DNA of 64,000 bases, taken from contig JAQGDQ010000947.1 in NCBI GenBank assembly GCA_030141605.1, forward strand, positions 14,080 through 78,079, written 5' to 3'. Both the position numbers and the translations under genes were made by a program. This DNA is from Tubiluchus corallicola. Lineage: Eukaryota > Animalia > Priapulida. Within the stretch, counting starts at the first letter, position 1, and each line of letters starts with the position of its first letter. This document shows, one piece after another, positions 23,396-37,143 of the stretch. Below the pieces are notes generated by a model. That model was not told the origin of the DNA. It did not search any database and saw only the letters and a program-made list of their open reading frames with translations.

Positions 23396-24110
23396 GAACA
23401 TAATTAATGAGAACTAATATCATGAAGGAAATTATCAGAATATATGGAGAATTAATTTTGTTCCTTTTTAGGGGAGAATTAATTAAATTTTTTTGTCTGC
23501 CTTCTGCCGCAAGTAGAGTTTTAGGCAAATGGGGTGGGGGCAGAAAAACTAGTGATTACTTATTCTGGAGTTTTAAGATTTTGTTATATTTTATAAACAA
23601 GTTATATTTTATAAACAAACAATGCCGACACTATTAAAGCATCATAACAATGATATGATTACTCATTCTGGAGTTTAAGATTTTGTTATATTTTATAAAC
23701 AAGCAATGCTGGCACTATTAAAGCATCATAATGCTATTTTTATAATAATTTATTTTACGTAAAGTAAAATTTAATACAACCATGAAATGGATTGTAAATT
23801 AGAATTAACTTAATATTACTAAGTTTTTCAAAAACATTTCCGCAAGACTTTATGATTTTAATCTATATGTACATTAAATTCAGTCGGGTATCATCATCCA
23901 TCAGCAGTAAATGTCTGCATTTACTTTTTATTAAAAAATACCTTTACACATAAACAATAGAATAAAAATGTCAAATAAGTTCAAATATTAGTGCTGTAAA
24001 AATTCGAAAACGTTTTACTAAATAACTAATGAAGAGAGTTCTTCGTTACATTGGAATTTTGCTTGGCTTTGCATCTACTGAAATACCTGTTTGTGTACAT
24101 TTGTCGATAG

Positions 24111-24235
24111 GCACGTATTTCCCGAGTTTCTACCAAATCCTGATACAAACAGGAGGAACAAACTTTGTGAGAAGATGGAACGTCGAGATATGATGAGACG
24201 GAGGGCAAATATTGAAGTTCCAGAGTTTTACGTTG
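24111..24235 (+). CDS. MRPL19: MRPL19 coding exon 3
   Basis: HVFPEFLPNPDTNRRNKLCEKMERRDMMRRRANIEVPEFYVG. Confidence 0.93.
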
Positions 24236-24244
24236 GTATATAAC

Positions 24245-24748
24245 CAAGCTGCATAAGATTATGGATATCCATAAAATAAGACCAAAAATCCATAAAATAA
24301 AATTTGAAAAATCCATAAAATAAGAAATGCATAAAATAAAAAAATATTTTTTTTTGTGATTTTTTTGTACAAAATAAGGCAATCAAAACTTAATACAGGC
24401 ATTGGATCGGAAATGTAGAGAGCATTCTACATTCGTACCAAATAGGCGAATTATTTGAACTGAAGTGATGAATTACAAGGCATTGTCTTGTAAAATTTGA
24501 TTAAATTTGAAGTGATATGAAACCGATAAAATTAAAACGAAACCGATAAAATTAGAACTAAGTCCTGCGTGTTTAAAAACACGTTTCAAGCCTCCTGATT
24601 TTACTTTTTAATTGATTTCCCCCTGGGCATCTTGTTCCAGATATAGTCTATTTCTTATTTTATTGATATCCATAAAATAAAATTTCAAAAATCCATAAAA
24701 TAAGCTATTTTATTTATTTTATACATATCCATAATCTTATGCACCCTG
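24245..24748. mobile_element. hAT-type non-autonomous element
   Basis: TIRs caagctgcataagattatggatat / atatccataatcttatgcaccctg; 8-bp TSD tatataac/tatataat. Confidence 0.85.
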
Positions 24749-24788
24749 TATATAATTCTCTCGTTCATTTTTCTTTTTTAATTTATTA

Positions 24789-25173
24789 CAGTCACTTGCA
24801 AAAGTTTAAGACCAAGCTCGAGTTTTCGGGATTTTCATCATACTGTACCCTGATTGCATCAGATTCTTTGTTGATTGCCTCATACTGCTAGGGGTTTGAA
24901 ACAGTACGTCTAGTGAGTATGATTGACTCATTTGCCTGCCGCTATCCATACAGATCGGCCGTTTTTGTATTTTTCTTGTGATCCAAAAAATGGGCAAAAA
25001 ATCGTCATTGAGTGAGACTCAGAGGGTTCAAATCGTGACTTTACATCAAGAGGGATATACTGAAAGGGCAATAAGAATAAATGAATAGTTTTTAGATGGA
25101 ACCGTGTTAAACAATGGTTTTGTCAATTTTCATGAAACAAATCACTTTGGTCTTAAACTTTTGTAAATGACTG
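24789..25173 (+). mobile_element. Internally deleted Tc1 element
   Basis: TA|cagtcacttgcaaaagtttaagacca ... tggtcttaaacttttgtaaatgactg|TA; retains the transposase N-terminus MGKKSSLSETQRVQIVTLHQEGYTERAI from 24990. Confidence 0.88.
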
Positions 25174-26370
25174 TACTTCAACGATAGAAAAGTATTTTTA
25201 TCGATAGCCTGAAGTACATAATCTTCCCGTCTTTATCTTACCTAACTATAGTATTTCGCACATCGAAAATTTTGTTAGTTCTAAATTGTGTGTGTTGAAC
25301 TTTATCCTGAAGTGTGGAAAAATTGAACTTTTGTGACTTGTATGTATGTGTAACAAACTTATCCTATTCAAAATTAAGTTTTTTGTTTCTTTTCTGGAAG
25401 ATTTCTAGGCGTGATAGGGATTATGTGCTAAACTCCTTCAGAACGGCACCATTCAAAATGGGTCTTGCAAGACCTATGATTTTCTGCTACTGTTTGAGCA
25501 CAGACATAACTAAACAACAAATTGTACTGAGAACTAAATGATCACAACAAATTATGTACTGTTCTATTTCAGAGAATCTCGGCTATCCAATCTTGCTGCT
25601 TGTTATAAATCATGCTATTCATAAGTGATGTTTTGATTGGATAAAGTTAAGAAAAACACACCTTTCTCAGCTTTGTCTTGTGTGCACTTGCGTGATCGTA
25701 CAAACTATTTGGTAATCGCCTGTTTGCTGCAGCCCAAGAGAACCCTCTGCTCTAGAAAGTTTCAGGAAAAGCTAACCAATCAGCCAAGGAGAAGTTAAGG
25801 TCCTTAAACGGGAATTAATCCTTAAAAATAGAGTAGACTTGAGGCCAAAGTGTATCAGAGTGTTGTGTCTAGAGAATTGAAATTGTCTGCATTAGTTGAT
25901 TTCACACAAGTGATACTGTACATTGTTGCAGTGCAAACACTACAGCTACTGAAAGCTTTTTTTAATTTATTCATTAAAAGTCGATTGTTTAAGGTAAGCA
26001 AATGCATTTCATTGATAATTTTGCATGAAAATCCATTGTGTGAGGAGTAGATAACCTACAAAAATTATCAAATATAATGTAATTACTGCTTAGTGAAACC
26101 AGTTTTTTATGAAGCCATGCAAAACGCAGCGAACACTTGCAGTCCTGAAGGAGTTAATTATATATATGTTGTTTTTTTGAATGGAAACACTAGAAAAACT
26201 GATCAGTGTTTGAAAAGGAACAAGGATACAGTTATTTCCTAATTAGTTCCTTGAAGGCTGTGATGGACAAGATTCTGTTTTTGAATTTTCCTAGAGGTAT
26301 TCCAAGCTTCAGCAACCTCTATTCCTTGCGTTTCCGACCGCTTTTGATTTTTTGTTTTGAAATTTCAAAG

Positions 26371-26505
26371 GTTCAATCTTGGCGGTAACTGTATCCGATC
26401 CCCATGCACCTGGTTGCGAAAGCCGATTCGTCGGCATCTGCATTCAGCGAAGTGGTCAAGGCTTACGGGCGGATTTTACTTTAAGAAATGTCATCGATGA
26501 TCAAG
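26371..26505 (+). CDS. MRPL19: MRPL19 coding exon 4
   Basis: [45 protein letters not shown], the L19 core. Confidence 0.95.
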
Positions 26506-26692
26506 GTACGTCTTCTGTGTTAAAGAGAAAGAGGTAGCAAAATCCATTACCTAAAACAACTCTGTTACTTTTTTTCAAATTTTAGTAATGTATTGCACAC
26601 TGTCGTACGATCTGTAATTCTATATGTTATCGATTTATCGTCTGCAATGCGTTTGTATTCCTAATGTTGAAGACGTTTAGATTCACTTACAG

Positions 26693-27087
26693 CAGGGGTT
26701 CTCAACCGGGGGGAATGAGCCACCTCCAGGGGTGGGGGGAACGAATGGGTGGAAAAATAAAAAATAAATATGTAGAAAAGCAGAGAAAAAAAGTACAGAA
26801 AGCCTTCATAGCCAACTCAACACACCCTCCTGCTCAAAGCACGTAATCGATTAGATGTTAGCAATGATTTGAGAGTGGCACTCTCAATCACAACCCCCCC
26901 CCCCCCCGACATCAAGAAAATCATGTCCTCTGAACAGGAGCAAGAGTCACATTGAATAAAAAAATGTGGAAATAAAAAAAATTGAATTAAAAAAATGCAT
27001 TTTTCATTTTGTTTTTGGGCTATGGGGGAACGAGAATCAGCAGCCTTCAAAAGGGGGGAACGGGTCAAAAAAGGTTGGGAACCACTG
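26693..27087. mobile_element. hAT (Charlie/Buster-like) MITE
   Basis: TIRs caggggttctcaacc / ggttgggaaccactg; perfect 8-bp TSD acttacag. Confidence 0.92.
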
Positions 27088-27092
27088 ACTTA

Positions 27093-27605
27093 CAGTAAAC
27101 TCCACATAACTCACATCCAACCGAACCAAAAACGCTTTGAGTAAGGCGATGTTGACCGTTTTCCAGCATAGAAACTCTAAACCCCTCCTCGAGATGGCGA
27201 GTTAAATAGAAGGCAGAAAGTCAACCATTCTATACATAAATGATTAGATGTCAGGACAATTACCTGAAGAAACAAACCGTGTTTCAGACGGAGACAATGA
27301 TAAGTGTTAGACAGAGACGGTGAATTCGAAGAGACTGTGACAATGGAGTGACTGTTTTCACGTCACCGACTGAGACTTTCCAGAAAAAATAATCGTGGGC
27401 CGCAACTCGTAAGACATCAGAATTTTTCCGGAAGACGACACTGTTTTTGAGTTGTACGAAACTTTTTATTTTTCTAGAGTATAAATTGCATTTTTGAGTT
27501 AGGCGAAGTAAATTACATGTATTTTGATTAAATGGACCATAATTTTTTTATTTGAGTTAGGCGAAATTTTTAGTTACGTGATTTTGAGTTATGTGGATTT
27601 TACTG
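27093..27605. mobile_element. Tc1/pogo-superfamily MITE, family C
   Basis: TA|cagtaaactccacataactc ... gagttatgtggattttactg|TA; second copy at 32756-33397. Confidence 0.87.
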
Positions 27606-28370
27606 TACTAAAAATGGACCCAGTTTGTAGTTTTTAGCACATTCTAACAGAAAACTAGAACAAATTGTCATTTAGATAAAAGTCTTGGAAAACATGCATT
27701 TCTATTCACTCAGTTTTTAAGCCTGCATTCATGCGATATGTAATATTTCAACATGCGTGTTTGTACTTCTAACCCTCAAACGCCATACTGGACTTGTGAC
27801 ACCACAAATTCTTTTTCAAAGTAATAAATTCAATTGTCTTTATGCTTTTAGCAGGGATGAGAATTTTCCGCGGATACGCGGAATTCCGAGTTTTTGGAAG
27901 ACCAGTAGTGCCATTTTTGTAAATCGCATAAATTCGTTGAGAAAACTTTTCTGGACCCAGTACATTATTTCGCAAGCTGACCGCTAGTTGGCAGGCCGTC
28001 ACTTTGTTTACATCACGTACATCAGTGTAACCACGTGTAGATCTCTATGTATAAAAATATAGAATCAATTGTGCGGAATTATTTGAGTCAATTGCAGACA
28101 GTTTTTATATACTTTTGCATAGGAGCGGCCAGTACTGAGGCGTTTTTGGGACAATTAGGTATCATGTATCCTTGATAGTTGGGTATTTTAAATTATGCAT
28201 GAAACAAGGTAATTGATATTTTAAGTCCACTTATGGCTCTCTTTGGTCACAAAATTGAATTTGTTGGGGGCTTCATGGGGGCTTTGCCCCATTGGGGGCC
28301 TAGGTGGCCCCAAAACCCTCAGCCTGTTTCAAGAGTTTTTTGCAATTTCTCATTCTCATCCATGTTTTAG

Positions 28371-28558
28371 GTGTGGAAATAAGGTACGATTTATATAACC
28401 CAACATTACAGAAGATAGAAGTACTGAAATTAGAAAAAAGGCTCGATGATGAACTTTTTTACCTGAGGGACGCTCCGCTCAAGTATAGTACATTTGATTT
28501 TGACATGAAACCTGAACTCCACGCAACCAGTGCTAGTGTTCCAGTTAACCCGTTAAAG
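28371..28558 (+). CDS. MRPL19: MRPL19 coding exon 5
   Basis: [47 protein letters not shown]...VPVNPLK. Confidence 0.95.
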
Positions 28559-28648
28559 GTACGTGCATTGTATTGTATCACTCCGATTCTGAAGTAGTTG
28601 ATTCTTGCATAAATGAGCTGTAGGTGTTCTGTTTTGTATGTAATTTAA

Positions 28649-29175
28649 AGCAAAACCGGATCCAATCTTAAAATGTAGGTCAAAACAATCTACACTAAAA
28701 TATTGAAAGGGAAAATACTGTTTTTTGAAGAATGACTTACATGAAAGACTCATTACCTCACAAACACAATTTCGCATTCGTGCCACTAGTTCTCCTTTGT
28801 TACATGCATTTCGCCATCGCTAAGTAGACGGGCACTAGTGCCTGCATTTGGAAACGTGTTGCACAAAAAATACGAGTTGTACCTCTCAGTTCAATGTGGT
28901 AGTTTGTAACAAACTGTTTTAGTACAACACACTGAATATCTTACAGTAGCACTGTACTTCAATTTTCGCTTTCGCAAACACGTGCAATACGCTCGAGGAA
29001 TATTTTTGTTGTTGAAAATTATGCTAGTTTGTGATGTCATCAATAGCAGGCTCGTCCGCCATTAATTAAGTCTTAAATCTATTATTTAATTAACAGAAAT
29101 ACTTTTGTAGTATTAATTGCGTTAAAATGTATACTTTTTATCAAATTTGAAAATGAGAAATCATCTTGTCTTCAT
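28649..29175. mobile_element. TTAA-flanked, Kolobok-like non-autonomous element
   Basis: TTAA|agcaaaaccggatcc...tcatcttgtcttcat|TTAA. Homologous to 45729-46322 and partially (inverted) to ~30130-30420. Confidence 0.7.
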
Positions 29176-29192
29176 TTAAATGCTGTTTGCAG

Positions 29193-29317
29193 GTGCCATT
29201 GCGAGAGAGACCTTGGCTTGACCGATGGGAGAGGAAAGAACTGAAAGGTGTGCAAGACCTAGGGTTGCCAGACAGATTTTACGAGCGGGCAGCAGAATTA
29301 GCCCAACCTTGGGAAAA
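29193..29317 (+). CDS. MRPL19: MRPL19 coding exon 6
   Basis: VPLRERPWLDRWERKELKGVQDLGLPDRFYERAAELAQPWEK. Confidence 0.93.
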
Positions 29318-29467
29318 GTACGTTATTGCGGTAATCATTGTGATAAAAGGAGGGATATTGTTTATGGCTTAATTAATTGGCTCAGTTATCTGCGTACTGT
29401 ATATGTATGTATCTGTTTGTGTATGTAAGAAATGTGAAAATTGAATGGTCTGCCATTTCTATTATAG

Positions 29468-29606
29468 ATATGACCTTATGAAGCAGTACAGAAAAACGAT
29501 TCCTCTGGAAGAACAGGAAGAAATTTTCCAAGAAGTTCACAAGGAGCAAGTGCAAATTGACAAGCAGCGACAGGAGCGGAAACGACGGCAAAAGCACAAA
29601 TCTTAG
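29468..29606 (+). CDS. MRPL19: MRPL19 coding exon 7 (stop TAG)
   Basis: YDLMKQYRKTIPLEEQEEIFQEVHKEQ...KHKS*; AATAAA at 29729 and 29930. Confidence 0.9.
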
Positions 29607-32600
29607 CAGCACGACAAACAGAAATTTAGGAGAGCCGACAGAGACAATGAAGCAAGAACGATCTTGGTTTCATTACTGCTGGAGTTAAATCGGTCTTCGC
29701 CACTAGACTGCTGACCGAAGGAATGTTGAATAAATTTCTAGAATTAATTTACTCTGTGGCCGTCTGTCTGTTCTTTAGTATTTGTGTGCACAGCTATTGT
29801 AAAACAGATATTGCAGTTAAAGCGGTACTAACAAACCCTTGTCACGTTTGTATTGTACTAAGCACAGAACGTCGTCATTAGTAATTTAAATTGGCAATGA
29901 ACAGATTAAGATATAAATTTTTTCTAGTAAATAAAGTTAAATGATTTTGTCAACTTAAGTAGAATCTTTTTGTGGTTTCATGTTGAAAGAATTCTCAACA
30001 GTTCAAATAGTCATTACAGTTATATGTAACAAATCTATTTAGGTTTTACACTATATTTTTTAAGGTGCAGACCTCTTATGGCAAAAGTAGCCTGAAATTT
30101 ATAGACACTACAGCTGGCCACTAGTACTTTAAGGAAGACAGGATGATTTTTCATAAACTACCCCATTTTCAAATTCGATAAAAAGTATACATTTTAACAC
30201 AATTAATACTGCAAAAGCTTTTCTGATAATTAAATAATAAATTAAACACTTAATTAACGGTGGGGAAGTATTGATGACATCACAAACGCACAATTTTCAA
30301 CATCAAAAGTATTCCACGAGCGTGTGGCACGTGTTTGTGAAAGCGAAAATTGAAGTACAGTGCTACTGTAAGATATTCATTGCGTTGTACTAAAACTAGG
30401 CAAGTTTTAAGATAAAAATCGAAATTTCAAATTTACAGCTGTGCTCACATGAGCTGCTGGTTTGCAGATAAATTTACAGACATTTGCAATGTGATTCTGG
30501 TATCCAACTCACTTGCTTTAATTATCCTGCTCAATTAATTTCATTTATTAGGATTCATTGTAGCCATTATAGACACTCTCATGTCACTGATGTCCCAGTT
30601 AATGTCTCTCATCTTTACTATGTAGGTCTACAGTTAGCAGTGCTAATGCACTAACTAGCAGGCAGCACTTGTGTAGTTCGAAAACCGATGAAAGACAATA
30701 ATTGGTAGCTAATCCAGTAAAATAGCACAATAAATCACGCATTTAGTGAATTTTAAACAGAAGTTGCCAAGTAAAATAGTAATAATGTAATTTCACTACT
30801 ATTCATGAGTGAAATAGCTACAGTGTCACCCCAATAATCACATACATCCATTGAATGACGGATGGACTAGTTGACCTTCTTGGTCTTTCGCCATCCTATT
30901 TCCATTGTGATAATTAAACACATTTACTTGCCTCAGTTATATCATGAATATGGAAATAAATGCATGTTTTGAATTGAATTGAACTTGAATCGGAAGCATC
31001 ACTTCCACTCGTAAGAAAGCAAAAATGTCAACTAAGTTTTATTCATTTAGTTTTATTTTCATTGTACAGATTTTAACGAATAACACGCAGCCTCATCAAT
31101 AAAAATTTATTTACAAAATCGTAACATCAGTAAAAATGGCAGACGACCAATTTTACAATATAAGAGCATTATTTGCATATATTTATCAATCACTAGACGA
31201 AAAACTGCCTCATTACACATCAAATCCTAGTAGTTTAAATTTAATAGCAATAATTTTAACTTAGAATAGAGACATAAAGACGTGAGAAAATAGCAAACTT
31301 ATTACAGCATCTTATGTGATTAGAACAAAGTAGCTAAGACATAGATTTCACATGCTAGAATACAACACTGCCTACAGAAAACATTTGTTAAACAAATGAT
31401 TAGATCCAATTTCCCCGAGTTCCAAAATATGTAACAATCACCAGCCATTCATACTGATAAATAGCAGTACAAATAAAGCAGGAAGACCAAGCAAAAAAGT
31501 TCATTAAACTAATTAAGCTAATACTGGCTCTTTAACGAAGGAGATAAACTTGCCAAGCATATTACAAAAGAAATCAAAAGAAGCAAAAATTGTAAAACGT
31601 GAAGGGAAAGAAAAATCGTGATACGGAACAGGTAATTGATCTGACGCCCATTTCACGCGTGACTCGCTCATGCGTACGAGCTAAAAAGTGAGATATGATA
31701 GTGAATATTAAAGAATAAATTTTCATAACAATGCAGAAAAATGCAGAGCGATGGAGCCACACAGCATGGGAACGCTTCTTTCCTTTTCTCACTTTACTAA
31801 TTGTATTACATGTACGTCTTCGTGAGAAATTTTTATCGAATAAAATACGATTATTAGCAAAAGAGTATCAATAAGAGTTACACTGGCAAAGCAAGCAAAT
31901 GAATAGAAAAAATGATTATTAGTAAAAATACAATGAATAGTTGGTAAACGGCATGATTAAATCAAGAAACCCACTTGCTAAACTAGAAGTCCCTTTAATA
32001 AATAGCCGCAAATAGAGCCTTAGTCAATTTCACAATCTCAGAACTTATTCAAAATGCAGCTTGAATCATGGTCAATGAAAATGCTGTTACAAGCAAATAA
32101 CAAAGAACAAAACAATTTCTCTATATTTCCTTGATATTAATTAGAATTAATTTCACTAGTTGCACAAAGAAACTAAAAAAAAGCAAATATAACAGGCAAA
32201 ACAAAAACAGGTGATTAAAAGTAAGCTGGCAATGAAGTACAGCGTATTGCAACAACAAGTACCAATTTTTCATTACAATTTCTACAAATGACATAATTTA
32301 AATACAAAATAATATTTCAGCGAACTACCCTGTATTCTTTGCAAATTCATGACAAGCTTCACAATCAAGCTCTCCTTACATGCAAGAGGCGTAAGCATTT
32401 ATAAATTAATGACTCTTAAAAGTGATTTTGTGATTTCATTTAAACTCTCGTCAAGCCAAGGTTTTCATTAGGTTAAAAACTGAACCAGTCAGCTCTCGAT
32501 TAAATTAATTACATATTTACAAAGAGAAATCACAATACTGAAAGTTGACTATCAATACACTGCACAGTTACTTAAGCTCAACTTCTCAATTATAAAAAAC

Positions 32601-32755
32601 TTGGGATAAATATGGGAAGTATTTTTATTCCTTATTTCTGCCACTTTTATCCAACTACCATTTACAAATGATATGCTTCTATGAAATTTTTGATAATTAT
32701 TTATACCTTGTATTATATCAGTTAGACCTTCAACTATTTTCAAGTTATTAATGTG

Positions 32756-33397
32756 CAGTAAACTCCGCATAACTCAAAACCAACCGGACCAAAAAAACTT
32801 CGAGTTAGGCGATGTTGACAAGTTTCCAGCATAGGAACTCTAAACACCTCCTCCAGATCGAGAGCTAAATAGAAGGCAGAAAGTCAACCCTTCTATACGG
32901 AAACGATGAGATTTGATGACAAATACATAAACAATAACAACTAACATAGTGAAACGCGACTTTTTATGCTACACATGTACATGGGCATGTACACAACACA
33001 ACACATGTACAAGGGCATGTACACAACACTGTTAAACAATATAACAGTGGGGCTACCAATGTCTTACGTACTGCAGTAGAACTTGTTCGTATGGAGAAAA
33101 ATAATTGCAAGACGACAGAATTTTCCCGGAAGATGATCCAGTTTTTGCGTTGTACGAAACTGTTTTATTTTTCTAGAGTATAAATTGCATCTCTGAGTTA
33201 GGCGAAGTAACTTACATGTATTTTGATTGAATGGATCATAATTTTTTATTTGAGTTTGGCAAAATTTTGGGTTATATATTTTGAGTTGAGCGATGTTTTA
33301 TTGTGGGAAAAACGAAGGATTTCATCCGTTCCGCTGAAATTCTTTGAGTTAGGTCTAAATGTGAGTTATGCGATATTGAGTCACGCGGAGTTTACTG
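32756..33397. mobile_element. MITE family C, second copy
   Basis: cagtaaactccgcataactc ... gagtcacgcggagtttactg|TA. Confidence 0.85.
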
Positions 33398-33850
33398 TAT
33401 CAAAAATATTCCTCATTAGTTGTCCAAAAAATTCATTGCTTGACTGATTTATTCATCAAATTTTGCTAAATTATTATTTTTAGTACATGCACATACTTAC
33501 AATTGAAAAACTCTTAGGAAAATGGTAGAAGTAAAGCAATGAAAATCATATACATACAAAAACGGATACGGCATTTCACAACGTGACGTCTTCGGTGAAA
33601 AGTCGGTGACACATGAACAAGATACAATGTTAGCAGTTGGTTTTATTTTCTGCTTAAAACTTTGAGCATAATTTTTTTAGTTCTGAGCGAATCGTATAAT
33701 TCCTTAACTTAATTCAATAAAACAAGCCAGCAGCCTCAAAACCTTTTAAGCTGCCTGGACTTACATTGATAGTAAAACAAAACCAAAATACCTGCGTCCT
33801 TAGAAGAATCACTACAGTTAATGCATAATCTGCAAAGTGCTACATTTTAG

Positions 33851-34040
33851 TACACTGTTTTAAGGGCAAATACCAAGGCTAACACTACCAGAATCTTTTA
33901 CACTGTTTTAATGGCAAATACCAAAGCTGACACTATCAGAGTCTTTTACACTGTTTTAATGGCAAATACCAAAAGCTAACACTATCAGAGACTCTTACAC
34001 GGTTTTAACAGCAAATACCAAAGCTAACTCTATCAGAGTC
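33851..34040 (+). repeat. 48-bp tandem repeat, ~4 copies
   Basis: tacactgtttt recurs at 33851, 33899 and 33947. Confidence 0.85.
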
Positions 34041-35283
34041 AAAAACTAGATGTGCCCAAATCACACTGCACCTTTTAAACCTATAATGTGTCACTCACTT
34101 TTGAATACATTCAGCCAAGCCATTTCATTATTATTCATTTTAAATGATTTGGTTACATTGCATGATTTGACTATAATAAGATAAGCATTAAAAGTCTGGG
34201 ATTAAAGAAAGATAATCAACAAAAAACTCAGTCTATTTGGTACAACAAGCATTACTCGTACTAATCGCAAATGATCACATTAAAAAACAGTTTCTAAGGT
34301 CTAATTACAGCACATTTCCAAATTTGAAACTTTACGAAATTTCATTCTAAACTCGGGGCATTTGGAAGAGCTTATTCTGGTACAATTCTTAATTCACACT
34401 CCAACAATCTCTGTTGCAAAGAAGCTAGAAGACGCTACATTTTATCATGATTTTTAAGTGTCGCACTTATACAGTTATGACTGTACATGCATGTGTGCGT
34501 GGTGAAAGCATTTCAAAAACTGACAGCTCAAATGCATCAACTTCAAATGCTACATTAGAATGCATCTGTCAAATTCATACTGGTTGCTTCGGAAGAAACA
34601 AATAGTTTCAGACCGCGAGTCCTAAACACAAGGTCACTACCCTAGCCGACACAGGTGGCAGAAAACCGGAAACGTGTCTTGTTTTGCAATGGACAGGCTG
34701 CAATACTTATTTTTGCAAAGAGCACTTCGACTGCTTGTCTTGCAAAACTTTGGTTTTTTACCATCTTCAACGCACATGTGTGTCAAATATGGCCGTCTGT
34801 TGACATCATTTGTGTTTTTTTCTGCCATCTGAGTCGTATTAAACACCACATAGTTAACTAAAACTAAAATCATTCGGATAAATCCTTTCAGAAACCATGT
34901 AGCAATTTGACGCGATAAACATCTCCATAAATATTGATGCTCAGCAATCCGCAAGCACGGCAATCTTGAACAGAGGCAACAAAAACAAAAAACATGGCTG
35001 CATGCACCGGAGTCAATAGAACCAAGAATCCACTTGCATGCAAAATTAGAAGCGACCTGCAGTGCAAAAATAAAACTCAGATAAAAATGTGCAACAAAAG
35101 CAAACTAACATACTCAAAATCATCAACCTGTAAATAAACTAAATAGTAAAACAGAACTAAAATGCTGTTCTGCACAAACTGAGAATAATACACACTTGTT
35201 ACAATGTTGCATTACGCAAGCAAAGAACACCAATAAACAAATGAACCCTGACTGCAGTTACACTTTGCTGAATAAGAGCACAA

Positions 35284-35770
35284 TATTACCTCATTTTTGT
35301 GTAAACTAAGATTTCCTATATTACCTCATTTTTGTGTAAACGAAATTTTCCTATATCACCTCATTTTTGTGTAAACGAAATTTTCCTATATTACCTCATT
35401 TTTGTGTAAACGAAATTTTCCTATATCACCTCATTTTTGTGTAAACGAAATTTTCCTATATTACCTTATTTTGCATAAACGAAATTTTCCTATATTACCT
35501 CATTTTTTTGTAAAAGAAATTTTCCTATATTACCTCATTTTTGTATAAACGAAATTTTCCTATATTACCTCATTTTTGTGTAAACGAAATTTTCCTATAT
35601 CACCTCATTTTTGTATAAACGAAATTTTCCTGTATCACCTCATTTTTTAGTAAACGAAATTTTTCCTATATTACCTCATTTTTGTGTAAACGAAATTTTC
35701 CTATATTACCTCATTTTTGCGTAAACGAAATTTTCCTATATCACCTCATTTTTGCGTAAACGAAATTCTC
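35284..35770 (+). repeat. 35-bp minisatellite, ~14 copies
   Basis: Unit tattacctcatttttgtgtaaacgaaattttccta. Confidence 0.95.
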
Positions 35771-36450
35771 CCATCTTCAATCTGATACAAGGTATGGGAA
35801 GAATAAGGCTTTGACCTTAAAGAAGAGCCCGAAGACAAAGGTATGAGGTATCACGTATATTAATTCATACCGTAGAAACCCTCACAGGAGATCTGTAAGC
35901 TAAAAACTAACTTGCACGAATCAGAGCTCTACTTTTCAAGAAAGTTTCTGAGAGAAGTGTTAACAGATTCATGCCTTCTCTGATTAAAATTGATTAAACT
36001 GATAGAAAATTGATTAAAAAAAGTCGACCGGGGATATGCAAAGTTAAATTTTCAAATGACCATTGTCTGATACTGATGATATAAAACAGAGTTCAAAAGC
36101 AGCCAGCAACAAGAAAATACAACTAAAAAAGTGCAAGTACGTAACAAATTCTGTGGAAAAAAATAATTGAAAAAAGAAAAATGTATTCACTGCAATTTTA
36201 TGCATATATCACAAGAAAAAAGTGTAGGTAGCTAGTTGCTTAGCTTGCATATTTGTTACACTAGTTACAATAGTTAAAATGGAAATTGTTGTAACAAAGG
36301 CTTATAAAGCTGCCTTATTAAGATCATCTGCAGTCTTTGCCATAAGCGGTTAGTATTTCGCTATCTTACAATGCATTTTGATCATTGCAGCGAAAACAGT
36401 GTCACATACTGTACTGCACTCTTAAGAAAAATATAAGCATCTACGTGACT

Positions 36451-36707
36451 CTACACAGAAGGCACCCAGTCAGACGTGACGGGTCGGGCGTGACAGTAGC
36501 AGCTATTGTCAACGTGACCGCATGTATAACGAGGCGAAATACCTTGAGAAGCTGGAGGGTGGTTCTCGCGCGGCATGCTGCATACTTCACACTGATTTAG
36601 AAGAGGGTGGTTTGTGTAAGTACAAGCTGAACAGTCCCACGGAGGTCCACAACCATCATCATCGTCGCGATCATTTGGCGGCTCCGCTGGACGATGTGGA
36701 GGACTCT
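36451..36707 (-). CDS. TAB2: TAB2/3-like (TAK1-binding protein) last coding exon with NZF zinc finger
   Basis: DDDGCGPPWDCSACTYTNHPLLNQCEVCSMPR matches the TAB2/3 NZF; reading frame continues to TAG at 36451. Confidence 0.88.
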
Positions 36708-36832
36708 CTGAAACTGATAAGAAACTCTAGTTGACTGGAATTGAAATACACCAAGTGCAATCTGTATAATAATCACTACTCTGCAATATTTCGGTTAAAA
36801 TTTTGGGAGAAATTACCCTAAAAGCAATATTG

Positions 36833-37143
36833 CAGAAGAGTGCAAATGCTGACTTTAACAGAAGAGTGCAAATGCTGACTTTAACAGAAGAGTGCAAATG
36901 CTGACTTTAACAGAAGAGTGCAAATGCTGACTTTAACAGAAGAGTGCAAATGCTGACTTACACAGAAGAGTGCAAATGCTGACTTTAACAGAAGAGTGCA
37001 AATGCTGACTTACACAGAAGAGTGCAAATGCTGACTTTAACAGAAGAGTGCAAATGCTGACTTACACAGAAGAGTGCAAATGCTGACTTTAACAGAAGAG
37101 TGCAAATGCTGACTTTAACAGAAGAGTGCAAATGCTGACTTAC
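36833..37143 (+). repeat. 26-bp minisatellite, ~12 copies
   Basis: Unit cagaagagtgcaaatgctgactt(ta/ac)a. Confidence 0.96.

Noticed and set aside
23009-23417. Cys/His-rich repetitive ORFs resembling zinc fingers (MHYCTKC..)
   Set aside because: Product of the 39-bp minisatellite, open in several frames.
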